Virus record (IMG/VR): IMGVR_UViG_3300035661_000005
Direction: 5' to 3' (one strand)
Length of the DNA stretch: 64,000 nt
From: a virus
Taxonomy: Duplodnaviria; Caudoviricetes
Below, piece by piece: positions 46,791 through 55,660 of this stretch (the first letter of the stretch is position 1; each line of letters opens with the position of its first letter). Both the position numbers and the translations under genes were made by a program. The notes beneath the pieces were generated by a model. It was not told where the DNA came from. It was given only the letters and a program-made list of their open reading frames with translations, and did not search any database.

Positions 46791-47054
46791 TTGAGCGTCA
46801 AGCCCTGGCCCCGTGAGCCCCGCACCGTCGACTGCTTCTCGGGGGCGACCTACCCGCCCGGGGAGCCTCTGCGGGACACGCCGGGCACCTTATCCAACGT
46901 CCGAACGTACGAGAACCCATGGCCGAGTCCACCGGCCCTCTGCAAGCACGGGGAGGGCTCGTGTGAGGCTTGCGGTACGACGGTCCGCCGGGACACCCTG
47001 CACACGACTGAGGGCGGCCGTGGGGCCGTTGGGCGGATCCTCAAGCGGAAGTGA
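46791..47054 (+). CDS. hypothetical protein
   Basis: TTG 11 nt after GGTGTA; CKH...CEAC. Confidence 0.55.
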   Translation: MSVKPWPREPRTVDCFSGATYPPGEPLRDTPGTLSNVRTYENPWPSPPALCKHGEGSCEACGTTVRRDTLHTTEGGRGAVGRILKRK

Positions 47055-47094
47055 CCCGCGAGGACGAAGGCTTCGATAAGTAGCGAGGTGTAGG

Positions 47095-47262
47095 ATGAAG
47101 ATCGAGCCCGGTCAGATGTGCATGAACTGCTCGGATAGGCCCGCCACGGTGGCGCAGGGCACGGTCCCCCTCTGTGCCGAGTGCGCGGGGGTGGCGGACG
47201 GGCGGGGGGTCAAACTCCGGAAGACGAAGCATCCGAAGCCTGACCTCGTGAAGTGCGACTAG
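47095..47262 (+). CDS. small zinc-finger protein (55 aa)
   Basis: CMNC...CAEC. Confidence 0.55.
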   Translation: MKIEPGQMCMNCSDRPATVAQGTVPLCAECAGVADGRGVKLRKTKHPKPDLVKCD

Positions 47263-47453
47263 GCGGTGCTTGCCACTGCCGCCAGGATCCGCTTCGGCAG
47301 CTCGCGCATGAAGGCGCGACGGGCGGCCGAGAGGAACTGACGGTTCCTCTTCGAGTAGCCGCGCTCGTTCAGGTTGTCCGGGATCCAGCCGCAGAGACCA
47401 CACGTCTCGGTCGCCGTCGTCTGTCCGCAACAGGGGCAAATGGGCATGCTCAT
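47259..47453 (-). CDS. small zinc-finger protein
   Basis: CPCC...CGLC. Confidence 0.6.
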   Translation of the reverse strand: MSMPICPCCGQTTATETCGLCGWIPDNLNERGYSKRNRQFLSAARRAFMRELPKRILAAVASTA

Positions 47454-47472
47454 CCGACGTTCCCTCCTGACA

Positions 47473-47504
47473 AAGGACGACGGTTCGGATCAACCGTCGT
47501 CCTT
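47473..47504. terminator. perfect 13-bp hairpin
   Basis: AAGGACGACGGTT-CGGATC-AACCGTCGTCCTT overlapping the end of 47490..47882. Confidence 0.45.
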
Positions 47505-47882
47505 CGTGAGTCGTTCGAAGTCCGTCTGCGGGGGAGGTTCCGCCTCCGGAGCCGGTGGGGCGGTCTTCTCGATGACCTTGAAGTGGGGTATGGGAGTGGG
47601 CTGGAAGGTCAGCCCGACCGTCTCCTGCAACATCCTCTCTGCAACCTGTCGCTGTACCGCGTGCGCATCTCGAATCGCCTGGACGGCGTTCATGAGCGAA
47701 CGGTTGAGGTCGAGCTGGTTCCGCACCGCCAGCTCAAGCCGCTCGACCCGGTTCGCGAGCTGCGTCACCCGGTTCGGCATGTGATCTGGCATCACGGCGC
47801 GGCTACGCCACACCCAGTACGAAATGAGACCGTAACAGGCGAGCAGGGTGGCGTTGATGATCACCGAGGCGGTGGGGCTCAC
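47490..47882 (-). CDS. membrane protein with coiled coil and C-terminal TDFERL motif
   Basis: N-terminal TM; GTG 10 nt after GGTGTA; ends QTDFERLTKDDG. Confidence 0.7.
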   Translation of the reverse strand: MSPTASVIINATLLACYGLISYWVWRSRAVMPDHMPNRVTQLANRVERLELAVRNQLDLNRSLMNAVQAIRDAHAVQRQVAERMLQETVGLTFQPTPIPHFKVIEKTAPPAPEAEPPPQTDFERLTKDDG

Positions 47883-47985
47883 GGTTCCCTTCTACACCGT
47901 TGATCGCCGGTCTGGTGCCTTGTAGAAAGGGCATGGGCGTCTACCTCTAGAGCTGGATCCGCTTGCGCTGGTGTAAGGGACAGGC

Positions 47986-48567
47986 GTGCTGATCGACCTT
48001 TCACGCAAGCCGATTCTCGTCATTCCGCACGAAAGCCCAGGACATCTCGTGGTTCGGACCATCGGGAACGCCGAGGTCACGGGCCTTGTCTCCAGGCTCT
48101 ACGAAGCGGACAGCCGCTGGACCAAGGCCCTGATGCAGGTGGTCGATCCCGGGGGCACCTTCAACCGGGGCGCGCTCACCTGCTACGAGACCCGCGTCCC
48201 TTGCGAGGTCCCCTTCAACCGGGACGCCGCCAGCAGCGCCGAGCAACCGATCCTCCCGAACCCCTACGAGGTGGCTACTGTTTTCGTAGACGCGGTCACC
48301 AAGTTTCATGGCCTGTGGCGGATCGCGATCCAGATGGAGCCGTGCCGCAACAAGAACGGGCACATCTACGAGTGGGTCTGTACTTGCACCCATATCGGGG
48401 CGCAGGTGGGGACACCGCTCGTGTCCTGCGTCTTGAGGGACCTGGAGACGCTCGGCTTCAGGGAGACGCCGAAGAAGGAAATCTTCCCTATCAACCGGCA
48501 TCTCAAGCAGACGGCAGAGGGCGGTCAACCCGAGACGGACTGGGATCGTCTCAAGAGCGACGAGTGA
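47986..48567 (+). CDS. hypothetical protein with C-terminal TDWDRL motif
   Basis: GTG 10 nt after GGTGTA; ends ETDWDRLKSDE. Confidence 0.7.
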   Translation: MLIDLSRKPILVIPHESPGHLVVRTIGNAEVTGLVSRLYEADSRWTKALMQVVDPGGTFNRGALTCYETRVPCEVPFNRDAASSAEQPILPNPYEVATVFVDAVTKFHGLWRIAIQMEPCRNKNGHIYEWVCTCTHIGAQVGTPLVSCVLRDLETLGFRETPKKEIFPINRHLKQTAEGGQPETDWDRLKSDE

Positions 48568-48604
48568 AGCGCGTGATCCTGACTTCGAAAAACTCCCGAA
48601 GAAC

Positions 48605-48856
48605 ATGACCCCCGAAACGCTCAAGCTGATGATCGAGCGCACGGAGGCCAGTCGGACGTACAAGGAGGCGATGCGGACCGCGTACTACACGAGCGTGATC
48701 AGCTTGATCTGGCTGTGGTTCGGTACGACGACGGGCCAGATCGTCATCGCTATCGTGGGGTCTCTTGTTCTGCAGGCGGCGGGCTGGCGGTACTGGCGTC
48801 TGAATCGCCATCTGACGGAGCTGACGGGCGAGACTGACGAACCAGGTCGCTGGTGA
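48605..48856 (+). CDS. small two-TM membrane protein
   Basis: Two hydrophobic segments. Confidence 0.55.
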   Translation: MTPETLKLMIERTEASRTYKEAMRTAYYTSVISLIWLWFGTTTGQIVIAIVGSLVLQAAGWRYWRLNRHLTELTGETDEPGRW

Positions 48857-49442
48857 CCTGATCGAGAACGCGCTGGCTCGACTCAGCCAAGGGGGTCGGG
48901 CTTGCCAGCTCGGAGGCGAGCCGGTCGATCATCGCCTGGGTCGGCGCGACCTTGTCGGCGTCATCCACGTAAGGCGGGAGGGGGAACGGCGTGCCACCCG
49001 TTTTGAGGACGTGGATGCGGAGGACGCGGGAGCCCTTCTCGTTGTGCGGGGGGAAGACGAGGGAGGCGGTGAGGCCAATGCGCTCCATGAGCACGCGGAG
49101 GCCCTTCGCCTCTTTCGGGTCACCGTCCGGCCAGCCTTTGTCTCTGGGCCACACGCGGCCATCCCAGCCGAGCGAAGCGAGAACGGTCAGGGCATCGCCC
49201 ATGGTCCGCTCGTTGAGCGGGATGGCCCAGTCCATCGATCCCGAGTGCTCGTCCACGTAGGACTTGAGCAGGATCCCCTGGATGAAGAGCTTGCCCTGGA
49301 TGATGTACCCGAGGAGGGGCAGGAGGCGGTAGATGCTCGCCTGCATCACGGCCTTCCCGATCACGGTCCCGTAGGCGCGATCGGACTCCGGGGTGTTCCG
49401 TTGGTAGTCCTTGATCGCCTTCTCGATCTTCTTCGTGATCAT
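48750..49442 (-). CDS. hypothetical protein
   Basis: 230 aa. Confidence 0.65.
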   Translation of the reverse strand: MITKKIEKAIKDYQRNTPESDRAYGTVIGKAVMQASIYRLLPLLGYIIQGKLFIQGILLKSYVDEHSGSMDWAIPLNERTMGDALTVLASLGWDGRVWPRDKGWPDGDPKEAKGLRVLMERIGLTASLVFPPHNEKGSRVLRIHVLKTGGTPFPLPPYVDDADKVAPTQAMIDRLASELASPTPLAESSQRVLDQVTSDLVRQSRPSAPSDGDSDASTASPPPAEQETPR

Positions 49443-49445
49443 CTT

Positions 49446-49727
49446 TCATCTCCTTGCGCGGCGTACGGCTTCGTCGAATCGAGAGTCCTTCTCGCGGCGC
49501 CGTATCAGCCGCACCTCTCGCTGGTCGTAGAATTCCTCATCTTCGTCCTCGATGTCCACGACGACCGGCGGAGGGTCGTACCTCTCCGAGGCGGGGTCAC
49601 CATCGAACGGGGACCACCCGAGAAGGCGGTCGAAAGCAGACGGGATCCGCTTCCGTCCCAGCTCCTTCTTCTTGGCCTTTTCCATCGCCTTGCGCTCGAT
49701 GACCCGGTGGTCCGTGTTGTCGATCAC
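49446..49727 (-). CDS. hypothetical protein with PSAFDRLL motif
   Basis: 93 aa. Confidence 0.6.
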   Translation of the reverse strand: MIDNTDHRVIERKAMEKAKKKELGRKRIPSAFDRLLGWSPFDGDPASERYDPPPVVVDIEDEDEEFYDQREVRLIRRREKDSRFDEAVRRARR

Positions 49728-50197
49728 GGTGGCGTACTGCCAGTACTCGCCCCCTCAAGGCATTTAGGGCAGGTGACCTTCCCGCCAGCCTGCAGCCGAT
49801 CCAGGAAGAAGTCATCCCTGCATGGGGAGTAGGCGCTGGCCCCCTCGACCCCATTGACGACGTGAACCAGGCCGTCCTTGATGGCGGTGGCGATGGGCTT
49901 GTCGACCCGCTCCAGGATGAGGACCCCCTGTCCGGCCTTGGCGCGGTCCAGCGTCACGAGGGGGTAGACGTAGGTCTCGTAGCGGGGGCGCTCGCCGAAA
50001 GACCACATCTCGTACCCCAGCTCGTAGACGGGGACCTTGTCGGGAATGTGTGGGGAACCCGAGCCCGAGGTCAGTCGTATGTAGTCTGGCGGGCCGTACC
50101 GACCGGGGAGCAACGCCGCAACCCGGGACGACCGCTCGAAAACCGTCGATGTCCCCTCCAGGCGGAGCACTATCTGGTAGAGGGGTCGATTGCGCAT
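49724..50197 (-). CDS. hypothetical protein
   Basis: 157 aa; C-terminal C...CPKC. Confidence 0.6.
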   Translation of the reverse strand: MRNRPLYQIVLRLEGTSTVFERSSRVAALLPGRYGPPDYIRLTSGSGSPHIPDKVPVYELGYEMWSFGERPRYETYVYPLVTLDRAKAGQGVLILERVDKPIATAIKDGLVHVVNGVEGASAYSPCRDDFFLDRLQAGGKVTCPKCLEGASTGSTPP

Positions 50198-50227
50198 GGA
50201 ACCAATGGGGCTTTACACCAAGCCCGG

Positions 50228-50255
50228 TTGATCTGGGAGCCCCCCGACCTGTAGA
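50228..50255 (+). promoter_or_regulatory. class A promoter-like motif
   Basis: TTGATC-N16-TGTAGA, ATG 50262 is 8 nt after TGTA. Confidence 0.75.
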
Positions 50256-50261
50256 GAAGCT

Positions 50262-50429
50262 ATGACGACCGAGCGCCCCTACGTCAGCAGTGACGAGCAG
50301 ATCGGTGCCGAGATCGAGGCCGAGATCCAGGAGATGGCGGCCGAGGTCCGCGCCCAGGAGGCGTACGAGGCCGCGAAGGCTGCCGAGCAGGAGCGCATGG
50401 CCGCCGAAGCGAACACCGCCCTCAAATAA
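50262..50429 (+). CDS. small acidic helical protein (55 aa)
   Basis: MTTERPYVSSDEQIGAEIEAEIQEMAAE...; absent from the ORF track. Confidence 0.65.
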   Translation: MTTERPYVSSDEQIGAEIEAEIQEMAAEVRAQEAYEAAKAAEQERMAAEANTALK

Positions 50430-50724
50430 CCGGCTTGCGGGGCGGGGGCTTAAGAGGCTCGGGTTTGCCGAGGAAGTCTTGCCCCATGAGGCTACGATCC
50501 TTGATGGCGACCGGCTTGGCGGCCGGTCGCTCCTTGTCGAGGTCGTGTTTGTCGTAGATTTGGTCAGCCCAGGTCCGCTGCTTCGGCGAGAGTCCGGCGA
50601 CGTTGCCCGAGGCGACCCGATCGTACATCGCCTGGAAGCTGGACCTCTCCGAAGGCGTGAGCATCCCGTCGGGGAGGCTCAACAAGGCCCGGAGCACTTG
50701 GAGGTCGGTCTTCTTCTTGGGCAT
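50422..50724 (-). CDS. hypothetical protein
   Basis: MPKKKTDLQVL...LSPKQR. Confidence 0.6.
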   Translation of the reverse strand: MPKKKTDLQVLRALLSLPDGMLTPSERSSFQAMYDRVASGNVAGLSPKQRTWADQIYDKHDLDKERPAAKPVAIKDRSLMGQDFLGKPEPLKPPPRKPVI

Positions 50725-50849
50725 CACATCACCGGAAGGACAGGTTGAGGTTCGTTCGGATCGTTTCGCTGCGCAGGATCTCATGCAGCCCTGAATCGGT
50801 CACGCGATCGTCTACACCGGAGGGGCTGCCCTCGGTGTAAGAGATCTCT

Positions 50850-52106
50850 GTGGGCTACCTAAACCCCCCGCTGAGCCCGACCAGCTTCCTGCTCTGGCTC
50901 GGGGACACCAGGATCAAGTCTTGGACATGGAAGCACACCCATGTCAACCGAACGGAGGAACCCGTGACCCAACCCGTGACGCCAATGCCGGTGAAAGAGC
51001 CGGAAGTACCAAACCTCCTGCTGGAGGCGTTCAACCGCAAGATCGAAGAGGATGTTCGGCCGACGCTGACCCTCCTGGAGACAATTCGAGATCAGCTCGC
51101 GACCTATGAGGCCAAGGTCAAAGAGGATGCGAAGCAGAAGGCCCTCGGAGCGATGCTCGCGGCCATCGGCCAGCCGATCAAGACGGCGGCTCCGTCCACA
51201 GAGGTCGAGAAGGGCTTGCGGTCGAGCATCTTCTCGCTCCTCGAACAGCTGGGTGGTGCGCCCCCTCTCGTAGAGGCCGTCTCGGACAAGGCTGAGGCCG
51301 AGACGGTCCGTGCGGATGTCAGCCCGGAAGAGGATCAGAGGCAAGCCGACCCCGACCTTCTCAGCGAGGAGCTGGATGCCCAGCTGTACCTCGAAGAGAT
51401 CGATCGGTTCGGTCAGGAGGCCCACCAGCTCGTCAAGGCGCGTGCCGAGTGTGAGCTGCAGTGGCTCGTGGCTTCGGTACGGTTGACGATGTGTCGGCTT
51501 CCCGTGCAGAACGAGTACTACGGCAAGCTCTCGAATGCGATCCCCATCCTGTCCGCCATCCGGCGCCAGATCGGGGTCACGGACTTCACGAAGGGGCTGG
51601 CTCAGGGGCAGACGTTCCCCTGGGAGCAGATCATCCGTGATAGCGCCCAGGCGATGGCCAAGTTCGACGCCATCGCCGAACTTGGCCACGAGCCGAAGCC
51701 GAAACCGAAGACGCAGGGCACCCAGGGACAAGCGGAACCCACGAGCTACGCGTGGCCGAAGCTCCCCTCGCTCCGCTCCAAGCTGCAGGGTAAGACGTTC
51801 GCCATTGTCGGGGGCATCGCGGTCAACGAGAAGACCGCGCTCATCAAGAAGCGCTTCGGCTTCGACGTGGAGTGGCTGGAGATCGACCAGGGGGCCGCCC
51901 GGCAGACCGACGCCATCTCACGGAAGATCCGCAGCGGCACGGTCGGGGCCGTGATTCTGCTGGAGTCCTTCATGCCGCACAAGGCCACGTCGGCCGTCTC
52001 CGACGCGTGCAACGCGGCCCACGTGCCCTGGGTTTACGGTGGTCGTTGCGGCGTCGGAGCGATCGAGGGTGCGCTCAACAGCCTGGAGGACAAGCTGGCG
52101 AGCTAG
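50850..52106 (+). CDS. hypothetical protein with DUF2325-like C-terminal domain
   Basis: FAIVGG...VILLESFMPH...ACNAAHVPWV; GTG 10 nt after GGTGTA. Confidence 0.65.
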   Translation: MGYLNPPLSPTSFLLWLGDTRIKSWTWKHTHVNRTEEPVTQPVTPMPVKEPEVPNLLLEAFNRKIEEDVRPTLTLLETIRDQLATYEAKVKEDAKQKALGAMLAAIGQPIKTAAPSTEVEKGLRSSIFSLLEQLGGAPPLVEAVSDKAEAETVRADVSPEEDQRQADPDLLSEELDAQLYLEEIDRFGQEAHQLVKARAECELQWLVASVRLTMCRLPVQNEYYGKLSNAIPILSAIRRQIGVTDFTKGLAQGQTFPWEQIIRDSAQAMAKFDAIAELGHEPKPKPKTQGTQGQAEPTSYAWPKLPSLRSKLQGKTFAIVGGIAVNEKTALIKKRFGFDVEWLEIDQGAARQTDAISRKIRSGTVGAVILLESFMPHKATSAVSDACNAAHVPWVYGGRCGVGAIEGALNSLEDKLAS

Positions 52107-52795
52107 TCGTCCAATGCGAAGCCTCGGGTGAGGATGCGCATCGACTTCACCGAGGGGGCCTTTTTGCGGCGATCCTTGAGGAGCGGCGCCGGCCATCGGC
52201 CTGGGACCGCCTCCTCGAAGAGTGACGGGGGCTGTTTCAAGTTGGCTACCCCCTCCGTGAAGGCCATTCGTGCCCACACGTCCCCATCAAGAACGGCGAT
52301 CCCGGCCAGGTACTCCTGCTCCACCTTGATGGCGGCCTCGTGGATCGCCTCTGCCTCCTGGAGGGTTCGCTTGCGGAGGTGGATCTTGTTCCGCCCGCCG
52401 GGGATGACCCCAGAGAGGACGATGATCCGGTCGTAGACGGGACTCGTGTCGAGGCTGAAGATCGCCGGGTCCTGCTTGATATTGAATCGCTTGGCCGTGG
52501 TCAGGGTGGCCCCCACAGCCATCGCAGCGGCCCTCTGTGCGTCCCATGTCGTTTCGTCCACCCCTCGGGGCACCCGGGGAGTCCCATCCAACCTAGCGCC
52601 GACAGTGCCGTAGCAATTGTAGCGATCGCAGGCGTAGAAGCGGCCGAAGCGGCCCCTCTCCAGGTGCGTAGGGCCGCCACAGTCGGGGCACGCGACGACG
52701 CCTTGGTAGGTCACCGGCGTGTTGTTCATCTGCCGCCGGATGACGTTCCACCACTTCGTCGAGTACTGCCGTTCTACTGTGACGGCTCCGGGCAT
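52103..52795 (-). CDS. zinc-finger protein (topoisomerase C4 / DUF3268-like)
   Basis: CPDCGG...GRFGRFYACDRYNCYGTVGA..DGTP. Confidence 0.6.
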   Translation of the reverse strand: MPGAVTVERQYSTKWWNVIRRQMNNTPVTYQGVVACPDCGGPTHLERGRFGRFYACDRYNCYGTVGARLDGTPRVPRGVDETTWDAQRAAAMAVGATLTTAKRFNIKQDPAIFSLDTSPVYDRIIVLSGVIPGGRNKIHLRKRTLQEAEAIHEAAIKVEQEYLAGIAVLDGDVWARMAFTEGVANLKQPPSLFEEAVPGRWPAPLLKDRRKKAPSVKSMRILTRGFALDD

Positions 52796-52916
52796 GGTTC
52801 CTCGACCCGGGTGATGGTCGGCAGGGGCGTTCCACTGATCTGCCGTGGATGACTCCGAGCACGGTCCTTATCCATGCCCCGTCTACAGGATGAGTCACGG
52901 CTGGATCGATAAGACC

Positions 52917-52940
52917 AAAGCCCCGCGCGAGCGGGGCTTT
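52917..52940 (-). terminator. intrinsic terminator hairpin
   Basis: AAAGCCCCGC-GCGA-GCGGGGCTTT, 20 nt after the 35-aa gene. Confidence 0.75.
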
Positions 52941-52961
52941 GCATGCTGTCCGGCGACCCGG

Positions 52962-53069
52962 TCAGCTCTTCGCCGCCGACTTCTTGGCAGCGGTCTTCGC
53001 GGGAGCCTTCTTCGCAGCGGGAGCCTTCTTCGCAGCGGACTTCTTCGCGGGAGCCTTCTTCGTGGCCAT
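52962..53069 (-). CDS. 35-aa histone H1-like A/K/P peptide
   Basis: MATKKAPAKKSAAKKAPAAKKAPAKTAAKKSAAKS; strong SD AAAGGAGGTGA, class B motif upstream, own terminator. Confidence 0.8.
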   Translation of the reverse strand: MATKKAPAKKSAAKKAPAAKKAPAKTAAKKSAAKS

Positions 53070-53129
53070 GTGGAATCACCTCCTTTCGATCTGGTTTTCT
53101 ACACCGGGTGTGGAGAACCTGTAAAGCGT

Positions 53130-53552
53130 TTAGTCGTCAGCGAGGAGGCGATCCCAGGCGGTATCCGCCTCCCTGGGCTCCGGACTCGCCTCGATGGGGT
53201 ACCACCTGTGGCCAGCCCTCCGAGCGTCGGCCCAGGCGGTGAACGAGACGACGTGGTAGTCGAGGCCCTCGGATGGCCAGTAGACTCGATCCGGGGGTCC
53301 ACCGACCTCGTCCGGCTCGATGTCCGCGGCGTCGTAGAAGAAGATCCACGCGCCGTTGGTGATCCGGATGAAGACGGGGTTCGCCTCGGCGGGCTTGATG
53401 TTTGCCCTGCCAGCCGCGATCTCGATGAAGCCATCGGTAAACCGTTGGGCCAACTCCTCCGCGGCGATCGAGTTCTTGGTCAGGAACAGGATCGACCGGC
53501 CCAGGAGAAGATCGGCGACGGCTAGCTCGAACAGTTTGCGATCTAGGCGCAC
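53130..53552 (-). CDS. hypothetical protein with C-terminal TAWDRL motif
   Basis: GTG 10 nt after GGTGTA; ends DTAWDRLLADD. Confidence 0.7.
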   Translation of the reverse strand: MRLDRKLFELAVADLLLGRSILFLTKNSIAAEELAQRFTDGFIEIAAGRANIKPAEANPVFIRITNGAWIFFYDAADIEPDEVGGPPDRVYWPSEGLDYHVVSFTAWADARRAGHRWYPIEASPEPREADTAWDRLLADD

Positions 53553-53561
53553 GATCCAGGT

Positions 53562-54173
53562 CTACACCAGGTTGTCGTCCCACCGATCGAGGAAGTCGCT
53601 GTTCGCCAGCCGTTCGAAGTCGGTTGGGATGGATCGACGCTCCAGGGCGTGGGGCACTTCCCTGTTCGCGCTGATACGGCTCGTCCGCGAGGGGTCCTCC
53701 GTGACCCGCATGTGAGGCTCGGGGATCTGCCTGCGAGGCTCCAGTGCTTGCCGCGCACGCTCGGCGGGGGTCATGTCCCGGAAGGCACGAACATTCCCCA
53801 CGACCTGGCCGTCGCTCGGCCCCTCCAGGCGCTCCCGTCGGAACGTGCTCGGCGGCGGGCTCTCCCGATCGACTCGGAAGCGGCCACGGCGTTCGGCTGG
53901 GCCGGCTGCGACATCCAGCCGCAGGTCGTCCATGTCGAAGGAGATCTCGTCGGGCACGGGGGTATCGGGCGGGAAGTTAGTGACGAGGTTGGATACCCAG
54001 GCGTCCTCGCTCATCGGTGGCACACGCCCAAGGTCTTCCCTGGCGGTCACAACTCGGATAGGGACTCCAGGGGTGACGAGGCGCGACTGCTGCATGGCAG
54101 TCGCTGCCGCCAGCTCCCGTTGTGCGGAAGCCGACAGTAGCATCGCTGGATCCAGCGGAGGTAGCTTCGGCAT
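53562..54173 (-). CDS. R/P-rich hypothetical protein with TDFERL motif
   Basis: Start MPKLPPLDP; near the end PTDFERLANSD. Confidence 0.6.
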   Translation of the reverse strand: MPKLPPLDPAMLLSASAQRELAAATAMQQSRLVTPGVPIRVVTAREDLGRVPPMSEDAWVSNLVTNFPPDTPVPDEISFDMDDLRLDVAAGPAERRGRFRVDRESPPPSTFRRERLEGPSDGQVVGNVRAFRDMTPAERARQALEPRRQIPEPHMRVTEDPSRTSRISANREVPHALERRSIPTDFERLANSDFLDRWDDNLV

Positions 54174-54645
54174 ACCCTTCGACCTACGGCACAGGCTGCG
54201 CGAAAGCAACACATAACCTGTGGAAATCGTACACGTTTTCAAGGGTCGGCGTGGAAGGGTGCGAGATCGTTAGTGAAAGTTCTTGGATTCCTCTGGTATG
54301 GAGGTCCCCCGTGCGGCCACCGCCGAATCGGAAACCGAAGTCCTGTCACGGCAACGAGCACATAGGCTATCAGCACTGTGCGGGGTGCAGGAGAGGTCGG
54401 CCTCAATGCGCGGCCATGCGGAAGAAGAACCCCAAGCGAGCGCCATGCGGCTGCGACGCCTACCACTTCCCGCACAGGAAGGGCTCGGGCCGCTGCGGGA
54501 ACCTATTCCAGCAGACGATGGACGCCACGCCCGAGGACGAACGTGGGACGGTCCTAGAGCGGTTCGCGATCGAGTGTCCGGACATGATACCGCACACCCG
54601 CGACGAGTTTGCCGACGTCCCCTTCTGATCGGTGTATAAGGCTTC

Positions 54646-54939
54646 GTGGTCAAGGACGACAAATCCCCGCCGGTCAGCGATCCCCGATGGGCCGAATGGT
54701 CCAAGCCGCTCCTGGAGTACCTAGCGGCCCCGCACACGTGGAAGGAGATGCGGGCGAGCGTCCGCATGCCGGAGGACAAGCTCCGTAACTGCCTTATCTG
54801 GCTAGAGATCTACGGGCTCGTCGTGGACTACGAGATCGAGGGCGTGGCGACGTGGATCAAAACCGGGGGCTGGCGAATTCCAGGATCGCCCGGAGACGCA
54901 GCTGCCCAGCCCGGCCGAGAAAGCTCACGGGGGTCCTGA
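54646..54939 (+). CDS. small winged-helix-like hypothetical protein
   Basis: GTG 9 nt after GGTGTA; TWKEMR...KLRNCLIWLEIYGLV. Confidence 0.55.
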   Translation: MVKDDKSPPVSDPRWAEWSKPLLEYLAAPHTWKEMRASVRMPEDKLRNCLIWLEIYGLVVDYEIEGVATWIKTGGWRIPGSPGDAAAQPGRESSRGS

Positions 54940-55058
54940 CCGCCCAGCCGAGGTCCAGGAGGTGCGCCTCCTTGTCGCCGAGGCTTCGCCTCAGCGCCGC
55001 TGCCATGCCGGGGTACTAGCAGTTCTCGTGGAGCGCCCGTGTGCGTCAGAGGCAGTGG

Positions 55059-55628
55059 TCATCGTCTATGCCATCCAGCGATGCGGATCATGGCACGGAA
55101 GCTCGCCCCCTTGGTCTTCTTCGACCCGAGGCTGAGCGGGAACGTGACGGTGAGCTTGTCGTCGCCGTTGTCCCCGCCCCAGAGTACAAGCTCGGCCACG
55201 GTCCAACCAACCGGATCCATCAGCTGGTCGGTGACTTTTTCCTTCGAGTAGGCCAGGGTGACGTGCGGCACGTACTCCGGGTACTTCTTCGAGTACGCAA
55301 CGCCAGCCTCATCGAGGGCGATCTTGAGCTGCTCCCGTAGCTTGTGCAGCTCGGAGGACTCGACCCTGCAGATGATCGGGTAACCCCCACCCTCGCCGGA
55401 ATCGAAGCATGACACGAGGGAGGTCTCGACGGGGATGGGCTTGCAGCCCTTCAGCACGTTGAAGATGGCGTTCGTAGCGGTCGCGATCTGGTCCACGGGA
55501 ACGTCGTCCCCAAGATCCAAGATCGTGATGTGCATCCGACCGGGGGCCTCTTTCTGGCCCGGAACGGAGATTCCGGAAAGCCGGCGAGCGATCTCCAGGG
55601 GGACGCGAATTCCGAGGAATGCCATCAT
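55059..55628 (-). CDS. 2H phosphoesterase (LigT / T4 57B-Acb1-like)
   Basis: Two HxT motifs: MHITILDLG and PHVTLAY. Confidence 0.88.
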   Translation of the reverse strand: MMAFLGIRVPLEIARRLSGISVPGQKEAPGRMHITILDLGDDVPVDQIATATNAIFNVLKGCKPIPVETSLVSCFDSGEGGGYPIICRVESSELHKLREQLKIALDEAGVAYSKKYPEYVPHVTLAYSKEKVTDQLMDPVGWTVAELVLWGGDNGDDKLTVTFPLSLGSKKTKGASFRAMIRIAGWHRR

Positions 55629-55660
55629 ACCGTGTTTTCTATTGGTAGATCCGTAGGGAT

